Shown here: positions 49,413 through 58,717 of the stretch, one piece after another
Numbering within the stretch: position 1 is the stretch's first letter
Layout: each line of letters begins with the position of its first letter
Assembly (NCBI GenBank): GCA_038883655.1
Contig: JAVZLQ010000003.1
Span: 32,001 to 96,000, forward strand
Origin: Candidatus Bathyarchaeia archaeon
Lineage (GTDB): Archaea > Thermoproteota > Bathyarchaeia > Bathyarchaeales > Bathycorpusculaceae
Direction of reading: 5' to 3'
Length of the DNA: 64,000 nucleotides
Made by a program: the position numbers and the translations under genes
Notes under the pieces: generated by a model
Database searches by the model: none
What the model was told of the DNA's origin: nothing
Seen by the model: only the letters and a program-made list of their open reading frames with translations

Positions 49413-49979
49413 ATGGAAATGAGAAAACGAATTCTCGCAGTGATAGTTGTTGAAACACTCACCCTGCTAACATTAACCAGCAGCATAACTTTTGCTGAAG
49501 AGCTGAAAGGAAAAATTGAAGGAAACCTTAACGCCCTAAATTCAGGTTATGCCATCACAACATGGCCATCGGTCACCGAGGAATATTCTTTAGGAGACAA
49601 TGTTACCGTGAGAGCAGCAACAACAGAACCACCTTTTCCAGAAGCAGTGCACGTTGTTTTTAGGTGGCACAAGCCGGATGGAAGCCTCATTGATGTAGGT
49701 CCAACGCTGTTAACGAAAAGTAACGACACTTGGGATGGAAAACCCATCTGGGACGCATATGACACGCAAACATTAGATGTTATAGGTGAATGGGGCGTAC
49801 AAGCACTCTTTATGGATGAACACGGGAAGCTTCAAGGGCCAAACCCGTATGCAATAGTGGCAATAAAGGCAACATCATGCACAATAATTCCAGAAATAAG
49901 CCTAAACATGTTTTTAGCAACTTTTTGGATACTTATCGTTTTCTGCGCGGCCACTATTAAAAGAAGAAAAGGCTTCTGA
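49413..49979 (+). CDS. Secreted surface protein with a PEF-CTERM-like C-terminal anchor
   Basis: N-terminal signal peptide; C-terminal IPE + hydrophobic helix + KRRK. Confidence 0.7.
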   Translation: MEMRKRILAVIVVETLTLLTLTSSITFAEELKGKIEGNLNALNSGYAITTWPSVTEEYSLGDNVTVRAATTEPPFPEAVHVVFRWHKPDGSLIDVGPTLLTKSNDTWDGKPIWDAYDTQTLDVIGEWGVQALFMDEHGKLQGPNPYAIVAIKATSCTIIPEISLNMFLATFWILIVFCAATIKRRKGF

Positions 49980-50045
49980 AAACCTGCAAACAAAAACAGC
50001 AAGAAATTTTAGTAAATCCGATTAAATAGTGAGTTAGGAGTGCTA

Positions 50046-52721
50046 ATGGCTCAGCGTCGACTGGACGAATTTTCAACCCAAGAAAAGACAAAGGAAGCTG
50101 AAGCGGAAGCTCTACCCTTCACAGAAGCCATAAAAAGGGAAAAAGAAAAACAGGCATCCTCGCCACTGGCGCCAGAAAATCTGCCACCATCATACTTTGT
50201 TTCAGCCACGTATGATGGGAAGACTGGAAAAGCCCTAATCAAGCTTTACGAGGCAGTTTCTGGCAAAATTTATTTTTGGTATGACAACACTGGGCATAAG
50301 CCTTATTGCCTCACAAATCTTTCACCGTTGGAACTCGAAAGAATAGACCGCTTAAAGCATCATCAAGGCTTTGACCATTTTGAGATTGTGGAAAAATTTG
50401 ACCCCTTATTGGATAGGACTGTGAAAGTAACAAAGATTGTAGCTAAAGACCCCTTGGCGATTGGCGGACGCCCAAAAGGCTGCATTAGGGACATAATCCC
50501 AGAAGACTTCCCAAAAGTGGCTGACACACCAATAGCCCAAGAACAAATCAAAGTTTGGGAATCAAAAATAAAGTACTACCAATCATACATTTACGATAAC
50601 GACCTGTGGCCTGGAATGCTTTACGAAGTTAGAAACGGCAAACTCGTCATGAAAAGTTTGGATGAACCAGAAAAAACTGTAAAGCAGATAATGAGCCTAT
50701 TTGAAGGTGCAACAGAAGAGGAGCTGCGGTACATTGAACAGTGGGCAAGGCTTCTGGAGTATCCAGCTCCAAAGTTCCGCCGCGTAGCCCTAGACATAGA
50801 AGTTTACTCGCCTATCCCAACGCGTATGCCAGACGCCCGCGAGGCAGACTATCCAATTGTTTGCGCTTCGCTTTACGGTTCTGATGGACTAATGAAAGTA
50901 TTACTTTTGAAGCGTGAGGGAGTCCGAGAAGGAACCGAACATTTGCCTGCTGACGTAAACCTAGAATATTTTGACTCAGAAGAGAAGCTTATAAGAGCTA
51001 TTTTTGAAGTTTTGTGGGATTATCCTTTCGTCATAACTTTTAATGGAGACGATTTTGACCTGCGTTATTTGGCGCATAGAGCAGAAAAGTTCGGCTTAAG
51101 AAGGGACGAAATTCCGATAGATGTTGGCAAACGCGTCTGCCTCCTAAAATATGGTGTTCACATAGACCTTTACAAGTTCTTTTTCAACCGTTCAATCCAA
51201 ATTTACGCCTTCAACAACCGCTATAGGGACGTAACCCTCGACGATGTTGGCAAAGCCCTAATCGGCATGGAAAAAATACGCCTCGAAAAGAATTTAGGCG
51301 AATTAACTTACACGGAGCTTGCGAAATACTGCTTTAGAGATGCTGAAATAGCCTTCAAACTCACAAGCTTTGAAGACGAGTTGGTAATGAAGCTAATTCT
51401 GGTTTTGGCTAGGATAAGCAGCATGCCAATGGAAGACTTGAGCCGCCAGGGAGTTTCACGTTGGATAAGGAATTTCCTGCACAGAGAGCACCGAAGAAGA
51501 AACATGCTTATCCCAAACGCTGAAGAAATCCTAGCCGCGAAAGGCAAAACCGCCACAAAAGCCATAATAAAAGGCAAAAAATACAAAGGCGCAATAGTCG
51601 TCGAGCCAGTGCCAGGCGTCCATTTTAACGTGGCGGACTTGGACTTCCAAAGTCTATACCCATCAATCATAAAAGTTTGGAACCTAGGCTACCAATCAAT
51701 ACTATGCCAACACCCAGAATGCCGCAGCAACCTAATCCCAGATACGCCGCATTGGGTCTGTACAAAAAAGCGGGCATTAGAAAGCCTCTTGATAGGTTCG
51801 CTTAGGGACTTGCGTGTGCGCTGGTACAAGCCAAGGTCGAAAGACAAGAGCCTTCCAAAGGAGCTCAAAAGCTGGTACAACCCAATCCAAGGCGCACTAA
51901 AAGTCATTTTAAACGCAAGCTACGGCGTCTTCGGAGCCGAAACATTCGACCTTTATTGTCCGCCAGTAGCGGAAGCAACAGCCGCCATAGGAAGACACTC
52001 AATAACGCAGATAATCAACAAAGCTAAAGAACTTAACATCCAAGTGCTTTATGGCGACACGGACAGCATATTCCTAAAGAACCCTTCGAAAGAACAGATT
52101 GAAGAACTATCAAAGTGGGCAGAAAGTGAACTGAAAATGAGCCTAGACGTGGATAAAATCTACAGATACATTGTTTTCAGCTCGCGTAAAAAGAACTACC
52201 TAGGAGTTCTCGAGGATGGAAGCGTAGACGTCAAGGGATTGACGGGCAAGAAGAGGCATATTCCACTGTTCATTAAGAAGGCCTTTGACAAAATGAAGGA
52301 GCGCCTAGCCACGGTGAAAACGCCAGCAGACTTCGAAAAGGCCAAAAAAGACACGTGCGACATAATCCGTGACTGCTATATGCGCCTAAAAAGACGAGAG
52401 TGGACAAGCCTAGAAGAACTAGCCTTCAACGTAGTCTTAGGCGAAGAACCAGAACGCTACACAAAAACAACACCCCAACACGTCAAAGCAGCAAAAATCC
52501 TAAAAGAGGGAGGATTAGAGCTTAAAGCTGGAGACCTCATAAGCTTCGTCAAAGTCATCAAAGAACCACACGTCAAACCAGTGGAGTTGGCGACAAACAA
52601 CGAGATAGACGTTGACAAGTACATTGCATATCTTCACTCAACATTCGATCAGGTTCTGGACGCGTTAGGATTAGACTTTGACGAAATAATAGGGTTAACA
52701 AAGTTAGAGCGCTTCATGTGA
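50046..52721 (+). CDS. polB1: Family B DNA polymerase PolB1
   Basis: YDNTGHKPYC, intact exonuclease DIEV, FNGDDFDL and Y...DA; DFQSLYPS, YGDTDS and KKNY. Confidence 0.95.
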   Translation: MAQRRLDEFSTQEKTKEAEAEALPFTEAIKREKEKQASSPLAPENLPPSYFVSATYDGKTGKALIKLYEAVSGKIYFWYDNTGHKPYCLTNLSPLELERIDRLKHHQGFDHFEIVEKFDPLLDRTVKVTKIVAKDPLAIGGRPKGCIRDIIPEDFPKVADTPIAQEQIKVWESKIKYYQSYIYDNDLWPGMLYEVRNGKLVMKSLDEPEKTVKQIMSLFEGATEEELRYIEQWARLLEYPAPKFRRVALDIEVYSPIPTRMPDAREADYPIVCASLYGSDGLMKVLLLKREGVREGTEHLPADVNLEYFDSEEKLIRAIFEVLWDYPFVITFNGDDFDLRYLAHRAEKFGLRRDEIPIDVGKRVCLLKYGVHIDLYKFFFNRSIQIYAFNNRYRDVTLDDVGKALIGMEKIRLEKNLGELTYTELAKYCFRDAEIAFKLTSFEDELVMKLILVLARISSMPMEDLSRQGVSRWIRNFLHREHRRRNMLIPNAEEILAAKGKTATKAIIKGKKYKGAIVVEPVPGVHFNVADLDFQSLYPSIIKVWNLGYQSILCQHPECRSNLIPDTPHWVCTKKRALESLLIGSLRDLRVRWYKPRSKDKSLPKELKSWYNPIQGALKVILNASYGVFGAETFDLYCPPVAEATAAIGRHSITQIINKAKELNIQVLYGDTDSIFLKNPSKEQIEELSKWAESELKMSLDVDKIYRYIVFSSRKKNYLGVLEDGSVDVKGLTGKKRHIPLFIKKAFDKMKERLATVKTPADFEKAKKDTCDIIRDCYMRLKRREWTSLEELAFNVVLGEEPERYTKTTPQHVKAAKILKEGGLELKAGDLISFVKVIKEPHVKPVELATNNEIDVDKYIAYLHSTFDQVLDALGLDFDEIIGLTKLERFM

Positions 52722-52723
52722 CT

Positions 52724-53200
52724 TTATTCTGCCAAGAGCTTTTTCGTCGCTTTTACCAGAAAATATCCGAGAACGTTGATGCTGATGACGGAGCCTATGC
52801 CTATCCCCAACCACCAAATCCACATCTCCATCTCCGTCAACACTGCCAAATACGTTCCAACAATAAACGTTATAACAGCAGTCGCTACGACGCACCCAAG
52901 AAATTCCCTTGAATATTGACCTAATTTCCATGCCAGCACGCCAGCCAAAAGGTTTGCCAAAGAACCAAAGGTAACATCTGCCAAAATGCTTGGCATAGGA
53001 CTTGCAACATTAGCTACGACGCTTCCAAGAGTGACGCCAATAACCGCAGGCCACCCGAAAACCATAGACAACGGAATTAACGCATCCGCAACTCTAACCT
53101 GAACCAATTGAAAACTTATGCCCGCCAAAGCCAAAACAAGAACAGCATATACAGCCGTGAAAATAGCTGTCAAAGCCAATTCTTTACTACCAAATTTCAC
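52724..53200 (-). CDS. queT: QueT-family ECF S-component transporter
   Basis: A.YAVL...ISF..VQVRVADAL..L and G.TLG...AN; GTG start after GGAGGTGG. Confidence 0.85.
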   Translation of the reverse strand: MKFGSKELALTAIFTAVYAVLVLALAGISFQLVQVRVADALIPLSMVFGWPAVIGVTLGSVVANVASPMPSILADVTFGSLANLLAGVLAWKLGQYSREFLGCVVATAVITFIVGTYLAVLTEMEMWIWWLGIGIGSVISINVLGYFLVKATKKLLAE

Positions 53201-53204
53201 TTTT

Positions 53205-53272
53205 CCACCTCCTACACCGGGGTTTATATGGCGGAACGGGTGGAGGCCCACTCACCCGCCATTTTGCGTCAT
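53205..53272 (-). promoter_or_regulatory. Structured 5' leader of queT (candidate riboswitch or translational switch)
   Basis: 7-bp stem AUGGCGG/CCGCCAU; CCUCC complementary to the RBS inside the loop; AUAAA tail after the stem. Confidence 0.45.
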
Positions 53273-53292
53273 GAAAAATTCTCTAGTTGCTA

Positions 53293-53730
53293 TTAAGCTT
53301 TGCCTTCTGTTTCGGCTTGAACCTTAACGAGGTCTGTGACTGTTTCAGCTACTTCCACGTTCACGTCTTCGATTGGCAGTCCTCGTCCCTTACTTGAGAA
53401 AAGCAAATCTTGTGGTGGAGGCGGCGTGTTTAGAATTGTCGACAATAGGTACATGGCTGTGAACGCGTGCTGATAAACCCTATGGAAAACGTATGGCACT
53501 TTTGTTTCTGGATCTGCTTCTAACATCTTGCTTATTTCGGAGTCCTTGCCAGTTAATGTTGCCGTACCTTCAATTTCAAATTTCACCACACTTGGCTTTG
53601 TAGAGAGGATGAGGCTGAAGCTGACGGCGACAAATTGGCTTTTGCGCTCTTTCTCTTCAAGCCTTGCCTTAACATCAAAATTTATAGATTCAGCCCCACC
53701 AGTCTTAACGTCAAGCCTCACACCTAACAA
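53293..53730 (-). CDS. Hypothetical protein, possibly SecB-like fold; 5' end uncertain
   Basis: Alternating beta strands, then helix and PPPP motif; frame is open ~23 codons further upstream. Confidence 0.6.
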   Translation of the reverse strand: MLGVRLDVKTGGAESINFDVKARLEEKERKSQFVAVSFSLILSTKPSVVKFEIEGTATLTGKDSEISKMLEADPETKVPYVFHRVYQHAFTAMYLLSTILNTPPPPQDLLFSSKGRGLPIEDVNVEVAETVTDLVKVQAETEGKA

Positions 53731-53917
53731 TTTTGAAATCTCAACCTTAACTGAAACATTAGGAACGTATAGTGCTGGGCAAATAGCTGATTCCCCACTC
53801 TAACCAAACAGCATTATCTTTAGCCATTCAGCCTCTCGCAATAAAGCCTCGACAAAAATCAATTTTTGCCTTTTGTGTGTAGCAAAAAGTTACGCACACA
53901 GCGCATAGAAAACGTGA

Positions 53918-54778
53918 TCAGAAAAACTCGAAAAGAATAGCAAGCGAAGTGAAAAGCGCTACTATAAGCGAAATTATAACTACCACCTGACGTTCTCTCA
54001 GTGGGCGATTATAAGTAATTAGCGTAATCAAACTTCGCCTATGATCTGAAACGAGTTTTTCTCCATTAAAAGAAACACGCGCCTTAGCTCTAAAAAGAAA
54101 ATATGACAACAAAATTAGCGCTGAATTAAAGATGTAGGGCAAAATGCAAATAACCAAACTCGTTTTTAAATCGGAAATTATTGCAAAAGCCGCCAAAGTT
54201 ACCCCGATGGCGAAAGACCCCGTGTTTCCAACAAAAATTCTGCCTCGAAAGTTGAAAAAAGCCAAAATCAGCCAGACAGCAAGCGGAACATAAAGAAGAG
54301 GGGCATTATCCCCAGACATAGCCATTAACCCAACCAACACTATGGCTGGACAAACAGTTTCCAAACCATTCAGTCCCCCAAGCTGGTTCACAGTATTCGT
54401 AGTTATGGTAACAATTAATGGAATAACTACTAAAAAATAAGCAGAACCAAAATCTAAGACAGCGCCTATTATAGGAATGGTCATGGAAGTTCTCACGTTG
54501 AGCCTTATAGCCAAAGAAGCAAGTGGTATAGCGGCAATTAATGGAAAGAAAGCCTTATAGCGCCAACGTAAATCTATCCAATCGTCAAGCAAACCCATAA
54601 ATCCGCCAAACAGTATGCAAACAGCCAAAGTCAAAGCCTTAGAAACATTATCGCTTTGTGAACGGAAGTATTCAAGAAGGAAAAGGTATACGGCACTAGC
54701 TATAACGTAAATCACGCCTAAACCATTCGGAACCAAAGGCTTGTTTGGCTTGTGCATGTCCGGAACTTTCGGAAACAA
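53918..54778 (-). CDS. aglH: UDP-GlcNAc:dolichol-phosphate GlcNAc-1-P transferase (GT4/AglH-like)
   Basis: DMHK, GLLDD, N..N...GLNGLE and F.GN.G; directly downstream of aglB. Confidence 0.85.
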   Translation of the reverse strand: MFPKVPDMHKPNKPLVPNGLGVIYVIASAVYLFLLEYFRSQSDNVSKALTLAVCILFGGFMGLLDDWIDLRWRYKAFFPLIAAIPLASLAIRLNVRTSMTIPIIGAVLDFGSAYFLVVIPLIVTITTNTVNQLGGLNGLETVCPAIVLVGLMAMSGDNAPLLYVPLAVWLILAFFNFRGRIFVGNTGSFAIGVTLAAFAIISDLKTSLVICILPYIFNSALILLSYFLFRAKARVSFNGEKLVSDHRRSLITLITYNRPLRERQVVVIISLIVALFTSLAILFEFF

Positions 54779-54791
54779 ATGTCACCGCTCC

Positions 54792-57146
54792 TTATGCATT
54801 AGGGTAATCCGCGTAATACTTTTCCCAGTTAATTTTATACAGACAAACTAATGGAACAATGTAACCATAGGCTTGCGATTTTACTTGTGTTAAGTCTAAT
54901 CCAGCAATATACGCTATCTCAAAATACTTGGGCTGAATGTCTTCAATCGTTAAATTATTTGCGGTCCACGTATTTATTTCTGGGTCTTGGTTATAGCCTA
55001 GTCGTAACTCACACCACTGGTGTTTTCCCCAAGCCATCAATTTATAAATTGTAGATTGCATTCCAAAAGCATTCCAAGCCCATCGGTTTGTTGTATTATC
55101 ATACTGCCCAAATTTAGATTCGTCAACCCACGTCGAATTAGCATCTATCAGCCCACTCATGTCGGTAATGCCGTCGCCGTTTGTATCACCTATCTTGAAA
55201 CGCCCTTCCACTTTTCCAGAGATCCGCGCCATCCACATCCACTTTCCTTCATCACCGTAACCAGCCCATGTGCCAGCGGGTAAATTGGTGCCTCCACTAA
55301 CGGAATAAAATGTTGTAAACACGAGAATATACTTGGCATCATAAAGTTTTAGCATCTTTAATGCGTCAGTTTCGTTGGCCATGAATATGAAGCCTATGTT
55401 TTCTATTTGCGTATAGTTTATTGTCGCGTTATCCGCTAGCGATGTTACATTACCGAGAATTGAAAGCCAATAGCCATAGTCCCACCAGCTGCAAACAACT
55501 TTCTCTCCTATTGGTTTAGGCCCTAAATTGCTTCTTAACCAGCTTAACATGTCCAACCATTCCTTAACTGGCTGGTTGGGCGCTATTGGAAGGCTTCCAG
55601 CTGAAATTGTTGTTGGCGTGTATGCTTGTCTGTAAACTTTTGGCACACCACCCGACTGGGGAGAAAAGGCAAAGTTTGTCATTAGGATTAGGAATATTAG
55701 GAATATTGCTGTTCCGCTGAACTCTTTTCCAACATGCTCTAAACCGTGCTTTTTCTTTACAACTGGTTTTGGCGGTTCTTTCAACAACGTGTAGAATGGT
55801 CTTAGAACACCTAGAACGCCGCTTGTTGCCACTAGACTAAAGGCGGGAGCCATAAGTACAAGCAGACGAACCATTGAACAGGCAAAATAGAGCGACGTTA
55901 TGCCGAAAAGTATTATGAATAAGTTTTTGTTTGTTGGTTTTCTGATAAGGAAGTATAGTCCTGCTATGAAGAATATTATGCCTATTCCAAACTCATAATA
56001 TATGGAGCCCCAAGCTGAAATTCTATGTTCAGCAACAGATTCCACAAGCGGGGACTCTGCCCTTGCAAACGGGTTAATTACAGAAATGAACTTGCCAGCA
56101 ATGCTTCCCAGATATCCATATTGCCAAAGAAAGGCGAAACCGCCTATTAAAGCACAAATGAATATTATAGTAAATGTTACACGCATTCCAGTTGATGTTA
56201 TGTTATGCAGAATTTCAGCAACGCATAGTAAGACAAACACTGCGGCAACTGGAATTATAGCTGAAGCCGTTAAATAGCTTAATGAAAGATAAGGAACGTT
56301 TATGGCTATAAATAAACCTAGCCCGAAAGTCACCGTATAGGACAATAGTAGCCTCTGCGAATACCTTTTGATTAAGATTAAAACGAGAACAAACAGTGTA
56401 GTTAACCCAATGGGATAAAAAGCTGCACCCCATCCAGAAATGAAATAGCCTAAAGCCAGTCCAGAGCCAATAGCGTACTTCATCGTAGAGTTGAGTGGTC
56501 TATCCTCTTCAAGTGATTTTAAAAACATATACATAAACAAAAGTAGGGCAACTATGCCTATTGTTTCGTCGTCAAAAAAGCCCAATGATGTCCGCTGAAT
56601 GTAAGATGGACTTAAAGCCAAAAACAGTGCTGAAAACAGTCCAATCGGGGTTCCTCCTATGTCTTTGCCGACAAAATAAATTATCAAGCACGCCAGTGTG
56701 CCCATTATTGCTGGGAAAAGCGCGCAGAAACTCATTAGGTCGATGTTTACTCCTAGCATGGAGATTATTTTGTAAAAAAATGCTGCGGTCATCGGTAGAG
56801 AAGGGTAAGACTGTGACATGTTTATTCCGTCTGGGTACCAGCGTTGGTAGTCAACCCACCCAGGAGGTATGTACGGTGCAAATAAGCCGTTTTCCACCAT
56901 GTATTTTGCTAGACTGTATTGGTAATAGGGGTCAAACTCTGAAAGTAGCAATGTGTTTTTTTCCGGCGCTATTTCCCAACGTAAAGGCAGGATGCGGATA
57001 GTGAATGCGACAAATAGTATAAGCAGTAAAGCTGAAATGGTCATTATTGAGCCATGGCTTATTCTAATTCGCAGTTTCCCCAAACTTTTTATTCTGTTGG
57101 CAATGCTTTCTTTTGATAAGGCTTCGCGAATGTCCATTGAGTCCAT
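54792..57146 (-). CDS. aglB: Oligosaccharyltransferase AglB (STT3)
   Basis: EFDPY, G..D.E, SVAEH, WWDYG, DN.T and D..K. Confidence 0.96.
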   Translation of the reverse strand: MDSMDIREALSKESIANRIKSLGKLRIRISHGSIMTISALLLILFVAFTIRILPLRWEIAPEKNTLLLSEFDPYYQYSLAKYMVENGLFAPYIPPGWVDYQRWYPDGINMSQSYPSLPMTAAFFYKIISMLGVNIDLMSFCALFPAIMGTLACLIIYFVGKDIGGTPIGLFSALFLALSPSYIQRTSLGFFDDETIGIVALLLFMYMFLKSLEEDRPLNSTMKYAIGSGLALGYFISGWGAAFYPIGLTTLFVLVLILIKRYSQRLLLSYTVTFGLGLFIAINVPYLSLSYLTASAIIPVAAVFVLLCVAEILHNITSTGMRVTFTIIFICALIGGFAFLWQYGYLGSIAGKFISVINPFARAESPLVESVAEHRISAWGSIYYEFGIGIIFFIAGLYFLIRKPTNKNLFIILFGITSLYFACSMVRLLVLMAPAFSLVATSGVLGVLRPFYTLLKEPPKPVVKKKHGLEHVGKEFSGTAIFLIFLILMTNFAFSPQSGGVPKVYRQAYTPTTISAGSLPIAPNQPVKEWLDMLSWLRSNLGPKPIGEKVVCSWWDYGYWLSILGNVTSLADNATINYTQIENIGFIFMANETDALKMLKLYDAKYILVFTTFYSVSGGTNLPAGTWAGYGDEGKWMWMARISGKVEGRFKIGDTNGDGITDMSGLIDANSTWVDESKFGQYDNTTNRWAWNAFGMQSTIYKLMAWGKHQWCELRLGYNQDPEINTWTANNLTIEDIQPKYFEIAYIAGLDLTQVKSQAYGYIVPLVCLYKINWEKYYADYPNA

Positions 57147-57247
57147 CTCTCTCCTACAGAGATTATTAATGTGTTTTATTATCCTTACGGTTAATAGTGT
57201 TTCATAAACTCGACCCACGCGTATATACCTTTCCACGGCGCGTTACT

Positions 57248-58390
57248 TTAGACTGGAATCTTGCGTTTATATCCATATTTTTCCGTATCGTAAAACGGAA
57301 AAGCAACAACCTTCGCTTTCAACATTTTCCCACGTATCTTCACATTCACAATGCTCCCTTCTTGAGCATTCGGTATAGCCACGTAAGCCATGCCTATCCC
57401 GCAGTTAAGCAAAGGCGAAAACGTCCCGCTTGTCACATAGCCAATATTCTCGCCCTTGTCGTTGCAAACTTCATATTTTTGTCTTGGTATGCCTTGTTCA
57501 AGCATAAGCAAGCCAACGCGTTTACGCTTGATTCCTTCATTTTTCTGCTTCAGCAACGCTTCTTTTCCTATGAAGTTGTCCTTCTGAAGCTTTACAACAA
57601 AGCCTAATGCTGCCTCCAGCGGGGTTGTGGTCTCGTCTATGTCGTTTCCGTAAAGGCACATTCCAGCCTCAAGCCTTAGGGTGTCCCTTGCACCGAGACC
57701 GCAAGGTTCTATACCAAAATCTTTACCAGCCTCTAATATTGCATTCCAAAGCTTTACGGCGTTGGCGGGCTTTTCTAATGGAGTGTTCCATATGAAAATC
57801 TCGAATCCGTCTTCGCCGGTGTACCCGGTGCGGGATACAAAAACTTCTATATTCGTAAGGTGTGTGGGCACACCCTTAAACCGTTCGATTTTACTTAGGT
57901 CTTCTGTTGAAAGTTTTTGAAGTGTCTTTTCGGATTTTGGACCTTGAACTGAAAGCATTGCAACGTTGTCCGAAATCTCTGTTATTTTCACGTTAAAGTC
58001 CTTGGAATTTTTCACAAGCCAATTGTAATCTTTTTCGCGGTTAGCTGCGTTTGCAACAAACATGAACTTTTCGCTTTCCAGCCTATAAATTACAAAGTCG
58101 TCTATTATGCCGCCTTTCTCGGTGCACATAACAGAGTATTGCGCACTGTTCGGCGATAATCTAGAAACATCATTAGTTATCACATAATTTAGAAAACGTT
58201 CCGAATCGGGGCCATGAATTATTATGCGTCCCATGTGGGATATGTCAAAAAGCCCCACACTGTTTCGGACAGCCAAATGCTCTTGTATAACGCCCTTGTA
58301 CCATAAGGGCATTTCGAAACCCGCAAAAACCGTTAACTTCGCACTTTTTTTGTGTACTTCGTAAAGTTGCGTTCGCCGCACTCCCTCCAT
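57248..58390 (-). CDS. gcvT: Glycine cleavage system aminomethyltransferase T
   Basis: FAG.EMP..Y, FD.SHMG, RTGYTGEDGFE and GLGARDTLRLEAG..LYG. Confidence 0.95.
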   Translation of the reverse strand: MEGVRRTQLYEVHKKSAKLTVFAGFEMPLWYKGVIQEHLAVRNSVGLFDISHMGRIIIHGPDSERFLNYVITNDVSRLSPNSAQYSVMCTEKGGIIDDFVIYRLESEKFMFVANAANREKDYNWLVKNSKDFNVKITEISDNVAMLSVQGPKSEKTLQKLSTEDLSKIERFKGVPTHLTNIEVFVSRTGYTGEDGFEIFIWNTPLEKPANAVKLWNAILEAGKDFGIEPCGLGARDTLRLEAGMCLYGNDIDETTTPLEAALGFVVKLQKDNFIGKEALLKQKNEGIKRKRVGLLMLEQGIPRQKYEVCNDKGENIGYVTSGTFSPLLNCGIGMAYVAIPNAQEGSIVNVKIRGKMLKAKVVAFPFYDTEKYGYKRKIPV

Positions 58391-58412
58391 TTTGGTAACA
58401 CAACCTTTTGTT

Positions 58413-58583
58413 TTACTTTATCTTCACTGGTTTAACATCAACGTTAATGGGTATAAGAGAAAGCTTTTTGCCACATTGCGGGCACTTTCCATTATGCATG
58501 TGTAAAATTTCATCTGGAGGCTTAAGTTCAGCCCCCTCATACAAAACACAACCACACTGTTGACAGACAACCCGTTGTGGCAA
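58413..58583 (-). CDS. Small zinc-ribbon protein (56 aa)
   Basis: TTG start after GGAGCGTG; MPQRVVCQQCG..LYEG.ELKPPDEI...GKCPQCGKKL; below the ORF-track cutoff. Confidence 0.82.
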   Translation of the reverse strand: MPQRVVCQQCGCVLYEGAELKPPDEILHMHNGKCPQCGKKLSLIPINVDVKPVKIK

Positions 58584-58717
58584 CTAAACACGCTCCGTGT
58601 AGAAAGGAATAACCCGACGCAATATTTATTGATTGCTAATTAGTGGCGGTGGAAATTTATTCTTAGACAATATTTAATTTGGGGAAATGCTTCTCTATAC
58701 GGTTACGTGGCTTGGAA

